From positions 5,687,464 through 5,751,463 of the forward strand of contig NW_002060948.1 in the NCBI RefSeq assembly GCF_000150275.1: a DNA stretch of 64,000 bases. Direction: 5' to 3'. The position numbers and the translations under genes were made by a program. Below, in pieces: positions 28,063-40,574 of this stretch. The DNA comes from Trichoplax adhaerens. Taxonomy: Eukaryota; Animalia; Placozoa. The notes under the pieces were generated by a model. It saw only the letters and a list, made by a program, of their open reading frames with translations. It did no database searches and was not told the origin of the DNA. Within the stretch, counting starts at the first letter, position 1; every line of letters starts with the position of its first letter.

Positions 28063-30737
28063 GTAAGAAAAAAACTTATTCTGTACCACTAGTAGATGGA
28101 TTAACTTCATAGCCAAGATTTTTTTATATTCTTTTATATATAAATTAAAAGTTCATATCCAGATACCCAAGTTTTCAACTATGAATATATATGAGCGCTT
28201 TAAAAATCAGTTTGGCAAATTCCTTAGTATACATTTTCGAACTATTTGGTGACAAAGCATAGTTGTTAGTTACTGATTTACTGTATTTCTATAATTTAAT
28301 TTAGGTTTTTCCCATATAATAAATGGCCTTGCTAGCTTTATAGTGAAGATATAAGAGCAAATAATCAGTAAAATGGTCGTGGACTCTTCCAAGCATAAAA
28401 GCTGGTCGGTAAAGCATATTAGTGAATCGTGTATTGCTTCGACATATACAAATCGTCCAATGGCACGAAATGACATCGCCTGGAATATTTGGCCATTGCA
28501 TAGAGGACTAATAGTCAAAATTCACTGCTTTGTGTAATCGTTCGTTGCTAAGATAGCAGTAGCCATGCTCTATTGTAGGAACAATTAGTTTGACAAAGCA
28601 TATTTATCATTACCCGTACTAGCGGCTTGAACGACGATGTTTTACCAGTTAAAAGAAATACCCCATTACTAGTCCGCGTACTTCTTTATTGGTATAAATC
28701 TAGTTATAGTTATAGTGTCTTTCATTGGAGAACTATAAATCATCTGTGTGACATGAACTTGTAGCAAATGAAATATCTCTTTTTCATTTATTATATTATC
28801 AAACCATAATCTGTATCCCTAATGGTGGATATTGCTATAAATTTTGGTTCTATGCATTCTTTCAAGGCTTACAGGGTTATTTCTTTCTTGTCTACAATCA
28901 TAACAGCTTTGATCTACGAACTGATTGAATTGTACTACGTCATTACCTATTTCATTATCATCACTTCATTCATGTCTCAAAATTTTACTTCTAAATATTG
29001 AGATTTTAATATCGATTTTGTACTAGTAATTGACGATTCAATCATGTTTGATCAGTAAGGGCATTAAAGGGTGCTATTCCATTGGCATCCTGCAAGCATC
29101 AAATCCAAAGATATAATATAAGACTGTCGTGCTATTCCTGTTATAATTGCAGCCACTGTGCTTAGTTCAATGCTGTTAAAAAGTAGGTGATACTTCTAGT
29201 AACTTTGCTATACATTAGAGAATGCCAGATACTGCAAAACAGGAGATCACATTGCGTTACCAGTAATAAAATATTACAGTATTTACGAATAGGCATTACT
29301 TGTGATAGAAATTTGACTATGCTTTCTTTATGTGAAGCTTTTCTTTAAATCATATAGCACCATTCTCGTACTTTAGTCTGTTAGGAACTTGCTGGTAAAG
29401 TAGTATACACATAATGTTGGCTTAATTTTGTACAATAAGCGCACATTCATTTGTAGCATTTCTTGGTCACCTTAAAAACAGACTAGCCTATGTGGTATGT
29501 ATTGTATGTTGTCTATGATATATGAAATACACCTTGTGGTTATAAAGGTTTTTTCGCGATGATCGAAAAAATTTGAATGTCCTTTTAGCTTGGACCACTT
29601 AACAATTGTGTTATTTAAAGAGCAGCTTGTATGTGTCTTCTTCTGTTTCAGTTATAATTGTAAAATACTCGATATCCTTACCAAGCACATAAACAATATT
29701 TTCAGCCGTGTATGCTTACATGGTAGTTTGTAAAATATCTTTAAAATGTATACCTGCCTTTTGCTGTGAAATTATAAGGTAGATGCCAAACTTTATGTTA
29801 TGATTGAAGTTAGTATCAATTTCGATATTGCAATTATGTTGTTTTCACTCTCACAGAAAATTTTAATTTTATCTGATGCTTAATTACGAGTATAACTCAT
29901 ATGCAAAATTCTATGAGCCTATCAATTGTATTATTTTTATTACTGTTATAAACATTTTTGTTTTCATCCGAGTTGTTTCATTGCCCTTTACCAGTGATCT
30001 ATCAGAGACGGTTGGAAAAGGCATCAAATTTACTCGTACTATATTGTTCTTACTGCAAGAATTTGAAAGTACTCTATATTATTTGCTTGCGATCAGAAGG
30101 TCTATCGAATTTCGTGAAGGCAATTATTTCATGCATTTTGTATCGATACAACAATTTGTCTTTAATGAGAGGGTAAGTAGGCCGTATGTAGTATCAGGTT
30201 AGGACAGTAGAACAGATTGAAGGTATTAATATTGTTTGATATCGTTAGCTGTTTGTTATTTTTTTTATCTTGAAAGTCACTAGCTCAATCTTTTGTTACT
30301 ATACTGTATATGTTGAGGGCGAATGATGCAGTCAGCAGATTGCTGTTGTACATTTGTAGAAGGTATCTTTCAAATTTTAGTCATAATAACGTAAGGCAAA
30401 ACTGATTCAAAAGGTGAATAATAATATCCACGAAGATGCGAGCGTAATTATATAAGCGCTATAAATTCGAATACGCGTCTTAGTAGTTGATTAAAATGGA
30501 TGAGATTAAGTATTACTGTAAGGCCTTCCTATACGTCATTCTATGCCTTTGTGTTGCACCTTGGTTGAACACGGTACAAGACAATCCATGAAACTGTTTG
30601 TAGACAAATGCTTGTACAGTAAATGATTTGAATCGAATGAAACATATTTCGTTTAATTCTGCTGATAATTAAAAATTGATTATAATTTATGGGTATCAAT
30701 ATTATAATACAGTATATGTATAATAAATAGATCAGTA

Positions 30738-31462
30738 CAGATCCGTCTAAGCCCGAGTATTTATTGAGCTTAACACTGCTAATCACCACAATGATTTATT
30801 TCTAACACAGGTCATATTTATATAATTAATTAACCGCTACAGATCCGTCTAAGCCTAAGTTAAGTATACTGTACTGGAAATGACCGAGTAATCACCCCAT
30901 CGATTTATTTCTAACACAGGTCATATTTATATAATTAATTAATCACCACAGATCCGTCTAAGCCTAAATTAAGTATACTGTACTGGAAATGACCGAGTAA
31001 TCACCCCATCGATTTACTTCTAACACGTGTCATATATAATTGATAAATTAATCACCGTCTAAGCCTGAGTTGAGTATACTCGAAGTCGCTTTTAATCAAC
31101 ACAATGATTTATTAGTAGCACTGGTCATCTATCTCTATAGTACAGTAATAATTAATTCATGACCTATCCGTCTAACCTGAGTTGAGTATATTCAAAGTCT
31201 GTGAATAATCACCACAATGATTTAATTATTTATTTCTAGCTCTAGCCATATATAATTGATTAATCAAAATTAAATTCGTCAAGCTAGAGTTGAGTATACT
31301 CGAAGCATCAAGTCACAAAGTAATCACCACAATGATTTATTTCTATAGTAACATGAGTCATGCATAATTAATGAATCATCATCGATCCATCAAAGCCTGA
31401 GTTGAGTATACTCCAAGTCACAGAGTGATCGCCACTAAGATCTATTTCCAACACAGGTCATG
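30738..31462. repeat. Tandem array of about 7 diverged 100-120-bp units
   Basis: Unit consensus gatccgtctaagcctgagttgagtatact..gtaatcaccacaatgatttatttctaacacaggtcatat..ataattaatt; unit starts near 30738, 30840, 30949, 31056, 31166, 31277, 31385. Units 2 and 3 are nearly identical. Confidence 0.92.
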
Positions 31463-34400
31463 ATACCGTTGGATCATTCGCCATGACGTGCTATTGTGAG
31501 TCGGAAGGAATGATGTAATATGAAATCATTTCATTCGTTCAATATCCACTAATGGCGGCATTGGATAGGTTGATTTGCAACAGACTGACTATTACCGTAC
31601 ATTGTTCTAATAACAATATACAAAGGCACAATATGCGCTATTCATACAGTATGAATGAAAGTCAAGAATTTCATCACAGTGATGAAATTAAGTTGTGAAT
31701 GATGATGACTTCATGCTGCAGGCGATCACGTTCGAAGTGAAGGCGACAGTTTTTAGTCGCAATTTGCCAGAGCAAGCACTATTGCAAGCCAGTTTTATTC
31801 GCGCGTATCCTTTACTGTAAAATGTAGTCAAATATCAAGTGGTGAACAGCTCCTGTACTCTTCAATATTCATATTTTGCACTGGGAGTAGAGTGTCTGGG
31901 TTGATCGATTTTCCTTAATTAATTATAATTAGTACGTCCCGACAAAAACGGACGACAGTACAGCACAGTACTGTACAGTACAACTTTTACAATACAAGAA
32001 TCTCTGCGCACTCGGCGGGGTCTCTTAATAGGTACCGAGTCTACCGACACGATTATTGCGACGGTACTGCGCAAGTGTAAAAAATCCTGTAGAATTTACT
32101 GTAGCAACAATACTGTAGTGTACTATTGTGCAAAATGTGAGTAACTGTACTGTACTCACATTTTGCACAATACAGCACAGTACCGTACACATAAGCTTGG
32201 GTACGAATAAGCGTACGATACCCCAGGGTACCGGAACGAAGACTAGTAGTAATACTGAAAAGTATCCAATAAGATAACAATAGAAATGCTCATTCTTAGC
32301 TTTATGATCTGAATAACCGCCATGTCCAAGTCGCGATTGCGTCGACATAATGTAATCACGTTGAAGATAAAAATAAATAATAAATAAATAATAACATGAT
32401 GATTTCATAGTCCAGTATAATCCTAGTACAATGTACAGTATAATAAAGAAAAGAAAATCGGTGTACTGTAGAGTAGAGTGTACAGTACTGAACGATGAAT
32501 GCACTACAGTATTAACCCAAGGATAAAAGATAGCGCAGATTGCATTGGCCTATCATATCGCTCAGATTCAGTTGGAAGACGGTTGACGCTTGTGAACGTC
32601 AGACACTATTCATTCCCGTTCAAGTCGAATTGATGCTCGTGGCTAATTCGAACAGTCACTATTGTATCGAGAAGGTGGTCGCTTTTATCGACAGCATTGC
32701 GGATATTCTATTGCAAGATAAACCTCAATTAAATATTGAATTGAAGGTAAGTTCATGCCTCCATTGCATGTTAATAATATGGTTGCCTACGATCGACCTG
32801 AATCTCCTTTTAATTGACTGTCAGCACCAGCTAGTATTGATCAGATGCTGCATAACATTGGCCGTAACATACTGTATATATATCTTAACATAGTATGGTG
32901 TATTATCTGCAAGATTGACTATTTTGGATTTTGGATTTTTTTCATACGACTACTCTTGATTCAATATTGTGGCTTGCCATTATTGTTGAATTTGACTTGA
33001 ACGTCGTGACAAAGTTAACTATTCGAGAATTTAGCAACGATGTACAGTAATTAGTCATGGAAATCATCATGATATGACGATGTCCTGTAGTTTAGTTTTT
33101 AATATATGCATATTTCATTTTGAATAGATAAACCCCAACTCAAAGTCAATCAGCCTACTCTTGGGTTTATATTTATATTATATACAAAGTTGTAATCCTG
33201 AGCATTGTTCTTCCATTGCAATATGTAAATTACAGGTCATAGTAATGAACCCCTACTAATTTGGCTTGTGCAAAACCTATGCGATCTAGAAATAAACGTC
33301 CTGGGTTGATCATTAGCTATAGCTCGATCCTTTACTATAAGTTATCTACGTAACAATTATAAATTGAATATTTCGACTAAAATAAATTTTTCGTAATAAA
33401 TTGTTGATATCTATGTACAGTACAGTACTCCAACGTTGCGACCTGAGTAGGGTTCAGGTCAAAGTATAAATTCGCATGCCGAGGTCATAGTTTATGGCTC
33501 AGTTCGAGTGACGGCAATTGACTGAGTAAAATCAAATATGCACATGCCAAAGAAAAGCCTATAGCGTAAAGCGATAGCTGAAAACTGGCCAGGATATTCT
33601 ATTTATAGTGGTATAAAACTGGGCTGTTTGTGATAGACTAGATAAAATTTGGGTGGTAAAGATCTCTTTGATTAAAGTACGGCGTATGATAAATTCAAAG
33701 TCAGAAGATTCGAACGCTAGCATTAACTCGACTACTACTGCACAATGAATGATTTGTTTAAGAAACACTTAAATCTCCTTTTACACACCGATTAATCTCG
33801 TAATGCTGATGATTGTCAGTCTGTATTGTGATCTACTTCGCTAAGTAACTTAGATACGCGCGGTTGAACTTCGCAAGAAATTGTGCTTTCAGTACTGACT
33901 AAATGTTAGGTAATTATTCATCGTGCCATTAAATTCGCAATGGTATGGTTACTGCTCGTAGCGTAATCACTCCTGATCCTGTTGGGCAAATAAAGTTATC
34001 ACTATTTGAAGTTCTAATAGGTGAATATGATCGCTACTTTTTGTAGGAACGTAAAATACCTTTTCAAAATGGTATTAGTAAATCATAAAGCGTAATTAAA
34101 TTAGCAAGATGCGAGTATTATCTCTGGTGAATAGAAGGTTGTTATGCTGTATTTCGATTTCCAGGCAAATTAATTCACATTTCAAAATCTTTTCTATACT
34201 TCATGTGATGACACACGCTTTCTTGGGCGCCGAAGAAAGGAAAACACAATCGCTAACTTGTAAATGATTTTATAGGACCAATAAAATCGCACTTTTAAGT
34301 ATTTATAGTCGACATAACTATGTCGCACAGAAGTTTAATTATTGGTGAGGTACAGTTGATTTACCGCCTGGAATTGAATACAGACCTCCGGGAAAATATA

Positions 34401-35986
34401 GATACTTAAGTGTTGGACCTTCACTGGAGTACTGAATTACTGTATACTGTTAATGTAAATGGTCTGGATGGGGGAAATACTATGTTTAAGTTAAAAGTTG
34501 ATGTCATTTTTTGTCTCTAGTCTATAATGCAAAGTTTGACCTGTAAAGCTCATCATGAATTAACTATCCGCAAACGAATACAGTACAGTACAGTATATTG
34601 CTGTACTGTACGTATTGCAGAATGACATCGCCATACGGAATGTGTACAGTATTATACTGGACAAATTTTATACTCTACTGTATGTTGTGATCATACATAT
34701 TAATTATTACCTCAAATTTTGGTTCCTACAACATTGTCTGTCATTTACAATTTTTTGCATGAAAACATAGTAGCCAGACGTTAATGTTTTTGACATGTAT
34801 TCGGACAAAAAATAGGCCACATTAAAATTGAGAGATCGCGGCTACGTCATAATGTTCTTTAAACATCATTACCATCAATATTGTTATAAGGGTATCGTAC
34901 ATAAATATTATTTTAGAGCGCGACCTTTAAAGCAAACTAACGCTTGGTTTGTTTATTTATTTATTTATTTCCTAAGTTGCTTACCCCTGGGTATTAAGTT
35001 AGGTAGATTATTCGTCTACCGGAGATTGGGTATTTTCTACTTTACCTATTTGACTTATTACTTTGGATTTTGGGCACTGTATAATGTGGATCGCGTTATT
35101 GATCAATCTCCAACTGTATACTGTATAGTTCTGCGTTATGACAGTAGTCGAAAATAACTACAGTATTACTTATTGCACTTTATCATTTTTGGACTTTGCT
35201 GTACAGTACTATTATTAATTACGCGAGTATACACGTAAAATTGTGCTTATGTACGCACTCCTTTACTCATGTGAAAAGTATTTCAAATAATCAGAACGCA
35301 AGATTAACTTAAACCAATGCATTGCTCGATTGCTAGGACTTGTTTACACGAAATCCAGAATCCTGCTACGCAAAATAGATTATTTATGTACTGTACAGTA
35401 CAGTATATTGGTTGATTAGCCAGTAGCTATCATGCCACGATATGGTATTATTTATATTTGTGGTTATCTGCTATTTACAGTACTGTAGATTAGCTAAAAC
35501 CCAATTAGATTATCTAAAGTAATGATAGGCAGTACTATCATTTGCATCTATGAGTTGAAATGGCTGATAAAATTTCGTGTTTACTAGCTATGCCAATTAT
35601 TTACGGACGTCATGGCGATATTTAACAAGTGCAGTCGAATTTATGCAGTTAGCAAACTACAAATAGGTTACTCTGGGCTTTGGATAGATAATCACCTAAC
35701 ATAACTTGTTGTGATACCGCATTTTCAGGCTTTATGAAATATACCAATAAAAATCGCATTAATCTATCTTCTGATAGTATTGTCAATAAAGTACTATATG
35801 TAGAGTATTATAATCGATGATGACGTTATTCTTCTACTTCATTACTAATTAATATTTCAATACTTGAATTAAACGGTGAATTAAGGTCGCTTCTTCTCCG
35901 ACTAGAGAGAGTAACGAATTCTTAGATTTTGTCACGCCAAAGCATTATTTCAAATACCGAATTGAAATACAAATTATTTCCTCATC

Positions 35987-37128
35987 ATGTCTACATCAAA
36001 ATCAACAACCGATACCATAGTTGCTGATACAATGGTTCAAGGCTCTGATGATACTGAGAAAGTAAAAGCTGTCCGAGGTATCATACGGAGACTACAGAAA
36101 TACTGGCTGGTTGGTACTTTACTCGGTATTACCCACTTCATTTTGGGCATTGTGGCGGTTGCTAATCCTTGTACGTTCGGCTCTCATGCCATTGGTTTGT
36201 CAGAATATGGGACTTGCTTCTGGCTTGCGGGAGTGGTAAGAAATACGTACATAGAAGTGCATGTCATGATCTATTATTCAAACCATAGAATAGCTGTAAT
36301 ACTACAATTTGAGTTAAATATATGAAGGCTTTTGATACATAAATTGTATTGTCTGAACTTTACTTGACAGTCAGCGTCTTCAGTACAATCAATTTGATTG
36401 TGTACTATTCTTGATACTTTTTGTGTAGGTAACTTTACTGAGTATCGTAGGATTCTGTATCGCCTTGACAAGAAAATTTACGGAAAGAAATGTATGAGCT
36501 GATTTTAAAATTAATCATCTCTGAAAAATTATCCATCGAAAATTTATATAAATAATATAGATTACTTTTCCTAATGGTACTAGCAACCTTATACGTAAAA
36601 TTTAGCGTTATACGTTAAAGCGTTCAATTATTTTTACGTAAGAATCTTTTCCTGCTTATTTCATATTTTGATGGTTATCCTTCATTTTGCCATCAAATTC
36701 TTTATGTAGTAACTGCTCATAGATATAAACAGTTTGTCAGAATATATCTTATGTGTATTTGATGTAGTAAGAACTGCATGACCGGTATTTTATTATTATA
36801 ATCTAACCATGGTAAAATTTATATCAATGGATAGATTAAAATTCATGGAGCTATGGCCGCTTTGGGAACTATTATGACTATCGTAGGATATGTACTATTG
36901 GGAATTAATTTAACAAAACTGCTGGATTTAAAGAATGGTCAGGCTTATATCGTAAATTCATCCTGCACTGTAGCCGTAAGCCTAATTAAAACGTCGTCCA
37001 TAATTATCACCCTTGGTTTATTTATTGTCGTTACAATCTACCTGATAATATGCGGATATACACTTCAGTCCTATTACTACACCTCGGAAGACCTAATCAA
37101 ACTCAGTAAATCTGGATTGCCTGTTCAG
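35987..37128 (+). CDS. MS4A/CD20-like four-TM protein, array copy 4
   Basis: Exons 35987-36235 (NPCTFG..TCFWLAGV|gtaaga), 36429-36491 (63 nt, VTLLSIVGFCIALTRKFTERN), 36835-37128 (IKIHGAMAALG..LPVQ|gtaggc). Terminal exon unresolved; the acceptor at 37226 would add only V*. Confidence 0.8.
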
Positions 37129-38785
37129 GTAGGCAGTATTTAAATTAGCTTTAAGTATTTTCAACTCAAATAAGAAGTGATGGTGAATGCCTATAAAGTT
37201 ACAATCAGATTCTTTTACTTTAATAGGTGTAAATTATGAAGAAATATTTTAAGATGACGTTGATAATAACTTTATTATAACATGGGCTGAGATGTTCGAA
37301 ATTTCGAGATTTATCAATATAACGAGTATTTGATTGTTCGATAACCATGGAATATTAGTATAAATTTTTTATAGAAATATCGTTGCAGCCAAAAAATAAA
37401 AATTAGGCTGGTACACTAATAATTATAATGAATTAATATTATCACCGCAGTAATATTTCGTTATTAAGTTAAGTTATGCAGCTAATTAATGTTTACGGTT
37501 AGTATTGTTTAGTTACTTTTTTCGGAAAATTTATTTCCGTGCCTGACTAAAATCGACCGTGTAGTTTAAAAAGGATTGTATACAGTATAATACATTAGCA
37601 TATTATGACTTACCATGCAAATACCTGATAAATTCCTTTTCCTATGGGTTGAATAAAAGTATCGCAGGAAGTTAATTATGCTTGATATTTTCTATAGATT
37701 TATGCCAGACGTTTTAGGTTGTGATCTTTACATGTATTTTTATGATTGTTTCATTTCGGAATCGTACTCTGAGTCTTTTCTGTCCTTGTTTATGTCTTTA
37801 TCCTTGATATTTTAGTTCTGTTTATCTTATGTTACTTCCATGGCTATTTTATCTCATGGTTCGCTATTAAAAGTTAATTCTGATCTCTGAATCTTCCTTT
37901 TATTAACTGGTATTGTGTGACTCCGTTTTCTGAAAGAGATTTATTCTGTATAATTATGCACGATACACTGTGCAAGACCATAAGGTAAAACTCTGCTTTG
38001 AGCATCTATGATCATGAGGATAATTTACAGATACCTTGAAGTATTTTTGGTTCTGGTCAGCCTTTTAATAGTTGATTAAATAGATTATAAAATTTTGACA
38101 TACTCGTATATTAAGAAAAACTGCTCAGAAAAATGGTAGCTAATTTGGAAGACATATATTAGTATCACTTCATTATTGCTTTTGTGGTGTAATAGCTCTC
38201 CATGATTATCAGTGGACTTGTCGCGATATACTGTAATTCAGCATTGAGATAATTATCATTAGTGGCCTATATCATAATATTGTCAATGCAAGCAATATAT
38301 TACCCTCGTAATACAGTAGTTCGCTTACATACACGATTATTATGGTAGTGCTTCGTTTCCTTCTTACCAGATTTAAAACAGATGTTAAAAGAATACAGAG
38401 ATTAGGTTGTGAATATTATGCAATATTCAGTAAGTGTGAGACATCAAACCTAACATCGATTTCTGAGTTTCGTTTTGTATTCCCGTAAAGTTATTCTAGG
38501 ACTGCCTCAATAACTTATCGCGAATGATTATAAAGAATGTGGATTATTGTAGAATATCACACTCTAGTCATCAATTATACAGTATATCATTTTCTAATAC
38601 CTCAGTCTGTTCAATGAGGAAATGAAATTGTCGGGTTTCCTGTACTGCTAGAGTAACAGCTCTGTATGTTCCGAATATATTTTTAAGATTTTAAGCAGAG
38701 CTGTGATATATACCAATCACGAAATTCCAAATTTTAGAAAAATAAGGGCTTTATTGAATCTTATACAAAGATTAACTACACACAG

Positions 38786-39259
38786 CTCTACTTTAGCCGA
38801 ATACTACTACTAAAGACTTCTAGAACGAACTAACAGAATAATCTAAAGTTGCATGCTTTCATACTTTCCGTAGCATTCGCAGCTACAATCCGCATGGCAA
38901 CCTTTTACCTTATTTTACACATAGTTAAATTATTCTTAGTAAGACTATTCTACTGCGGACCATCATTAATCCAATATTGATACGATTATAGTACTTACGT
39001 AGACATTATTCACACCAGCCAAAGTACAATGAATTAACCATATCCTAATATATGATTTACAGTTCTATTTTTACCTATAGCCATATTAGTAACTCAACAG
39101 CTTACTGTACTGTATATAGTCATCTGTACTCTAGCATAGAGTCTCTATCACTATAGTCTATAGTTACAGCTACCAAATATCTCTTAGGATAAATATCTAC
39201 CGTACATTATACTACACATGGCTAACAGTCTACAATCACAATACTAAGTTACATTACAA
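38786..39259. repeat. ~480-bp dispersed repeat, copy B
   Basis: Same orientation and colinear with 19004-19481; roughly 70-80% identical by eye. Confidence 0.9.
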
Positions 39260-40399
39260 GAGCTTATCGTGTAAATAACGATGAATTACTCACGTATTTG
39301 ACAGTAATTTACAACTATATTTGCAAGGAATACTGGGTTCAATAATTCAGAATAACGAAATCAAAACGCTATGTTTAAAACCAATGTAATTGAATGGCAA
39401 CTAAGACCACTGATTCAGTTTAATACCAGTATTTTTAATTATAATTAGTTTTATCTATCTTTTGATCTTAGTCTATGTCCCAATGAATGCTAATTTTTAT
39501 AAGTGCGCTAACTAACTACTAGCAGTTAGATTTGATTACGATTAGAAGTAAAATTGTTTTATCTGTTGTTGTAGGCTAGAATATACTTCATATGATTCAA
39601 TAGTAAAAGCTATGCGCTGTTTGTATGATTGTAAGTGTTGTAGTAAGAATTTATCTATAAATTTGGTATAGATTAGAGCTTAATAAAGTAGCAAATTATC
39701 TACGTTAGCATTCCAGTGCTAATGACGTTGCTAGTGCTGATTATTTTACAGAAACTCTCACACCTTTATGGTGTATTATTTTAAGAGGATGTAGACAGGA
39801 TTTGAGGCGACTTAAATCTATTTTATTTTGTTCATTTAATAATTTCTGTGCCGTATTGAGTACTACCAGACGTCGCTACAGTCAGTGAATGCTACCGTTG
39901 TACGCCTACAAACGTATTGAGTCCATCAATATTGACTAATCGTTTAGGATTGCTATTTTATATTAATTTTTCCTTAATTTTTTTTTCACCCTAAATCGCC
40001 TATCTAGTATGTATTCGCTCTTGTAAAGCTATTAGGTAATCAACCGACTGCTATAAGGAATAGCAAATACAAGCTGCTAACCGATTTAAATGGTATAATT
40101 TCTGCCACATATTGAATGAAAGCTGGCAACGACTTCTTTGACTCTATTTAAATGTCAGGGAAATCACAATCGCGTTACAATGTCCCAATGAATTCCCGAC
40201 ATTTTTTCTTTCAACAGACTTCCAGTTAATTATGAAAAAAAGCATTATTTATAAAAATGATAATAGCTTATTATTCATAGTCGGCATTACTGTACAGTAC
40301 ATTATCCTGTTCTTTTACCGCTTCAGTAATAAACAGTGATACGTTCTGGGCAAAGTTGACTAATTTATAGTTTGCTGAGATTTTACAATAGCACAACAA

Positions 40400-40574
40400 G
40401 TAGCAGCTAATCGCAATTGGTAGTTAAGCATGAGTACCAATAACGTAGCAATGCTAGTGTTACGTGGTGGACATTGAATTTAGAATAGGACAAGACGTAG
40501 CCACTAATCACAATTGGCAGTTAACCACGAGTACCAATAATGCATCAATGCTAGTTTTACGTAGTGGACATTGA
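40400..40574. repeat. ~78-bp direct repeat, period 97
   Basis: gtagc..ctaatc.caattgg.agttaa.ca.gagtaccaataa...caatgctagt.ttacgt.gtggacattga at 40400-40477 and 40497-40574. Confidence 0.9.

Noticed and set aside
28270-28518. Two overlapping minus-strand ORFs
   Set aside because: Short, antisense to the probable 3' region of copy 3, and without recognisable motifs.
30738-31462. CRISPR-like repeat/spacer appearance
   Set aside because: Units are ~105 bp, degenerate, with homologous linkers; eukaryotic context and no cas genes.
31675-31681. CACAGTG, matching the RAG/Transib heptamer
   Set aside because: No nonamer or partner terminus was seen; it is simply the centre of a palindrome.
32025-32504. 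159-aa minus-strand ORF and nested 75-aa ORF
   Set aside because: Built from low-complexity TACAGTA/TACTGTA-rich sequence (STV/YST repeats); no domain or splice support.
34828-35157. 109-aa ORF with a TTG start
   Set aside because: F/Y/I-rich translation typical of AT-rich non-coding DNA; no ATG at the start and no splice context.
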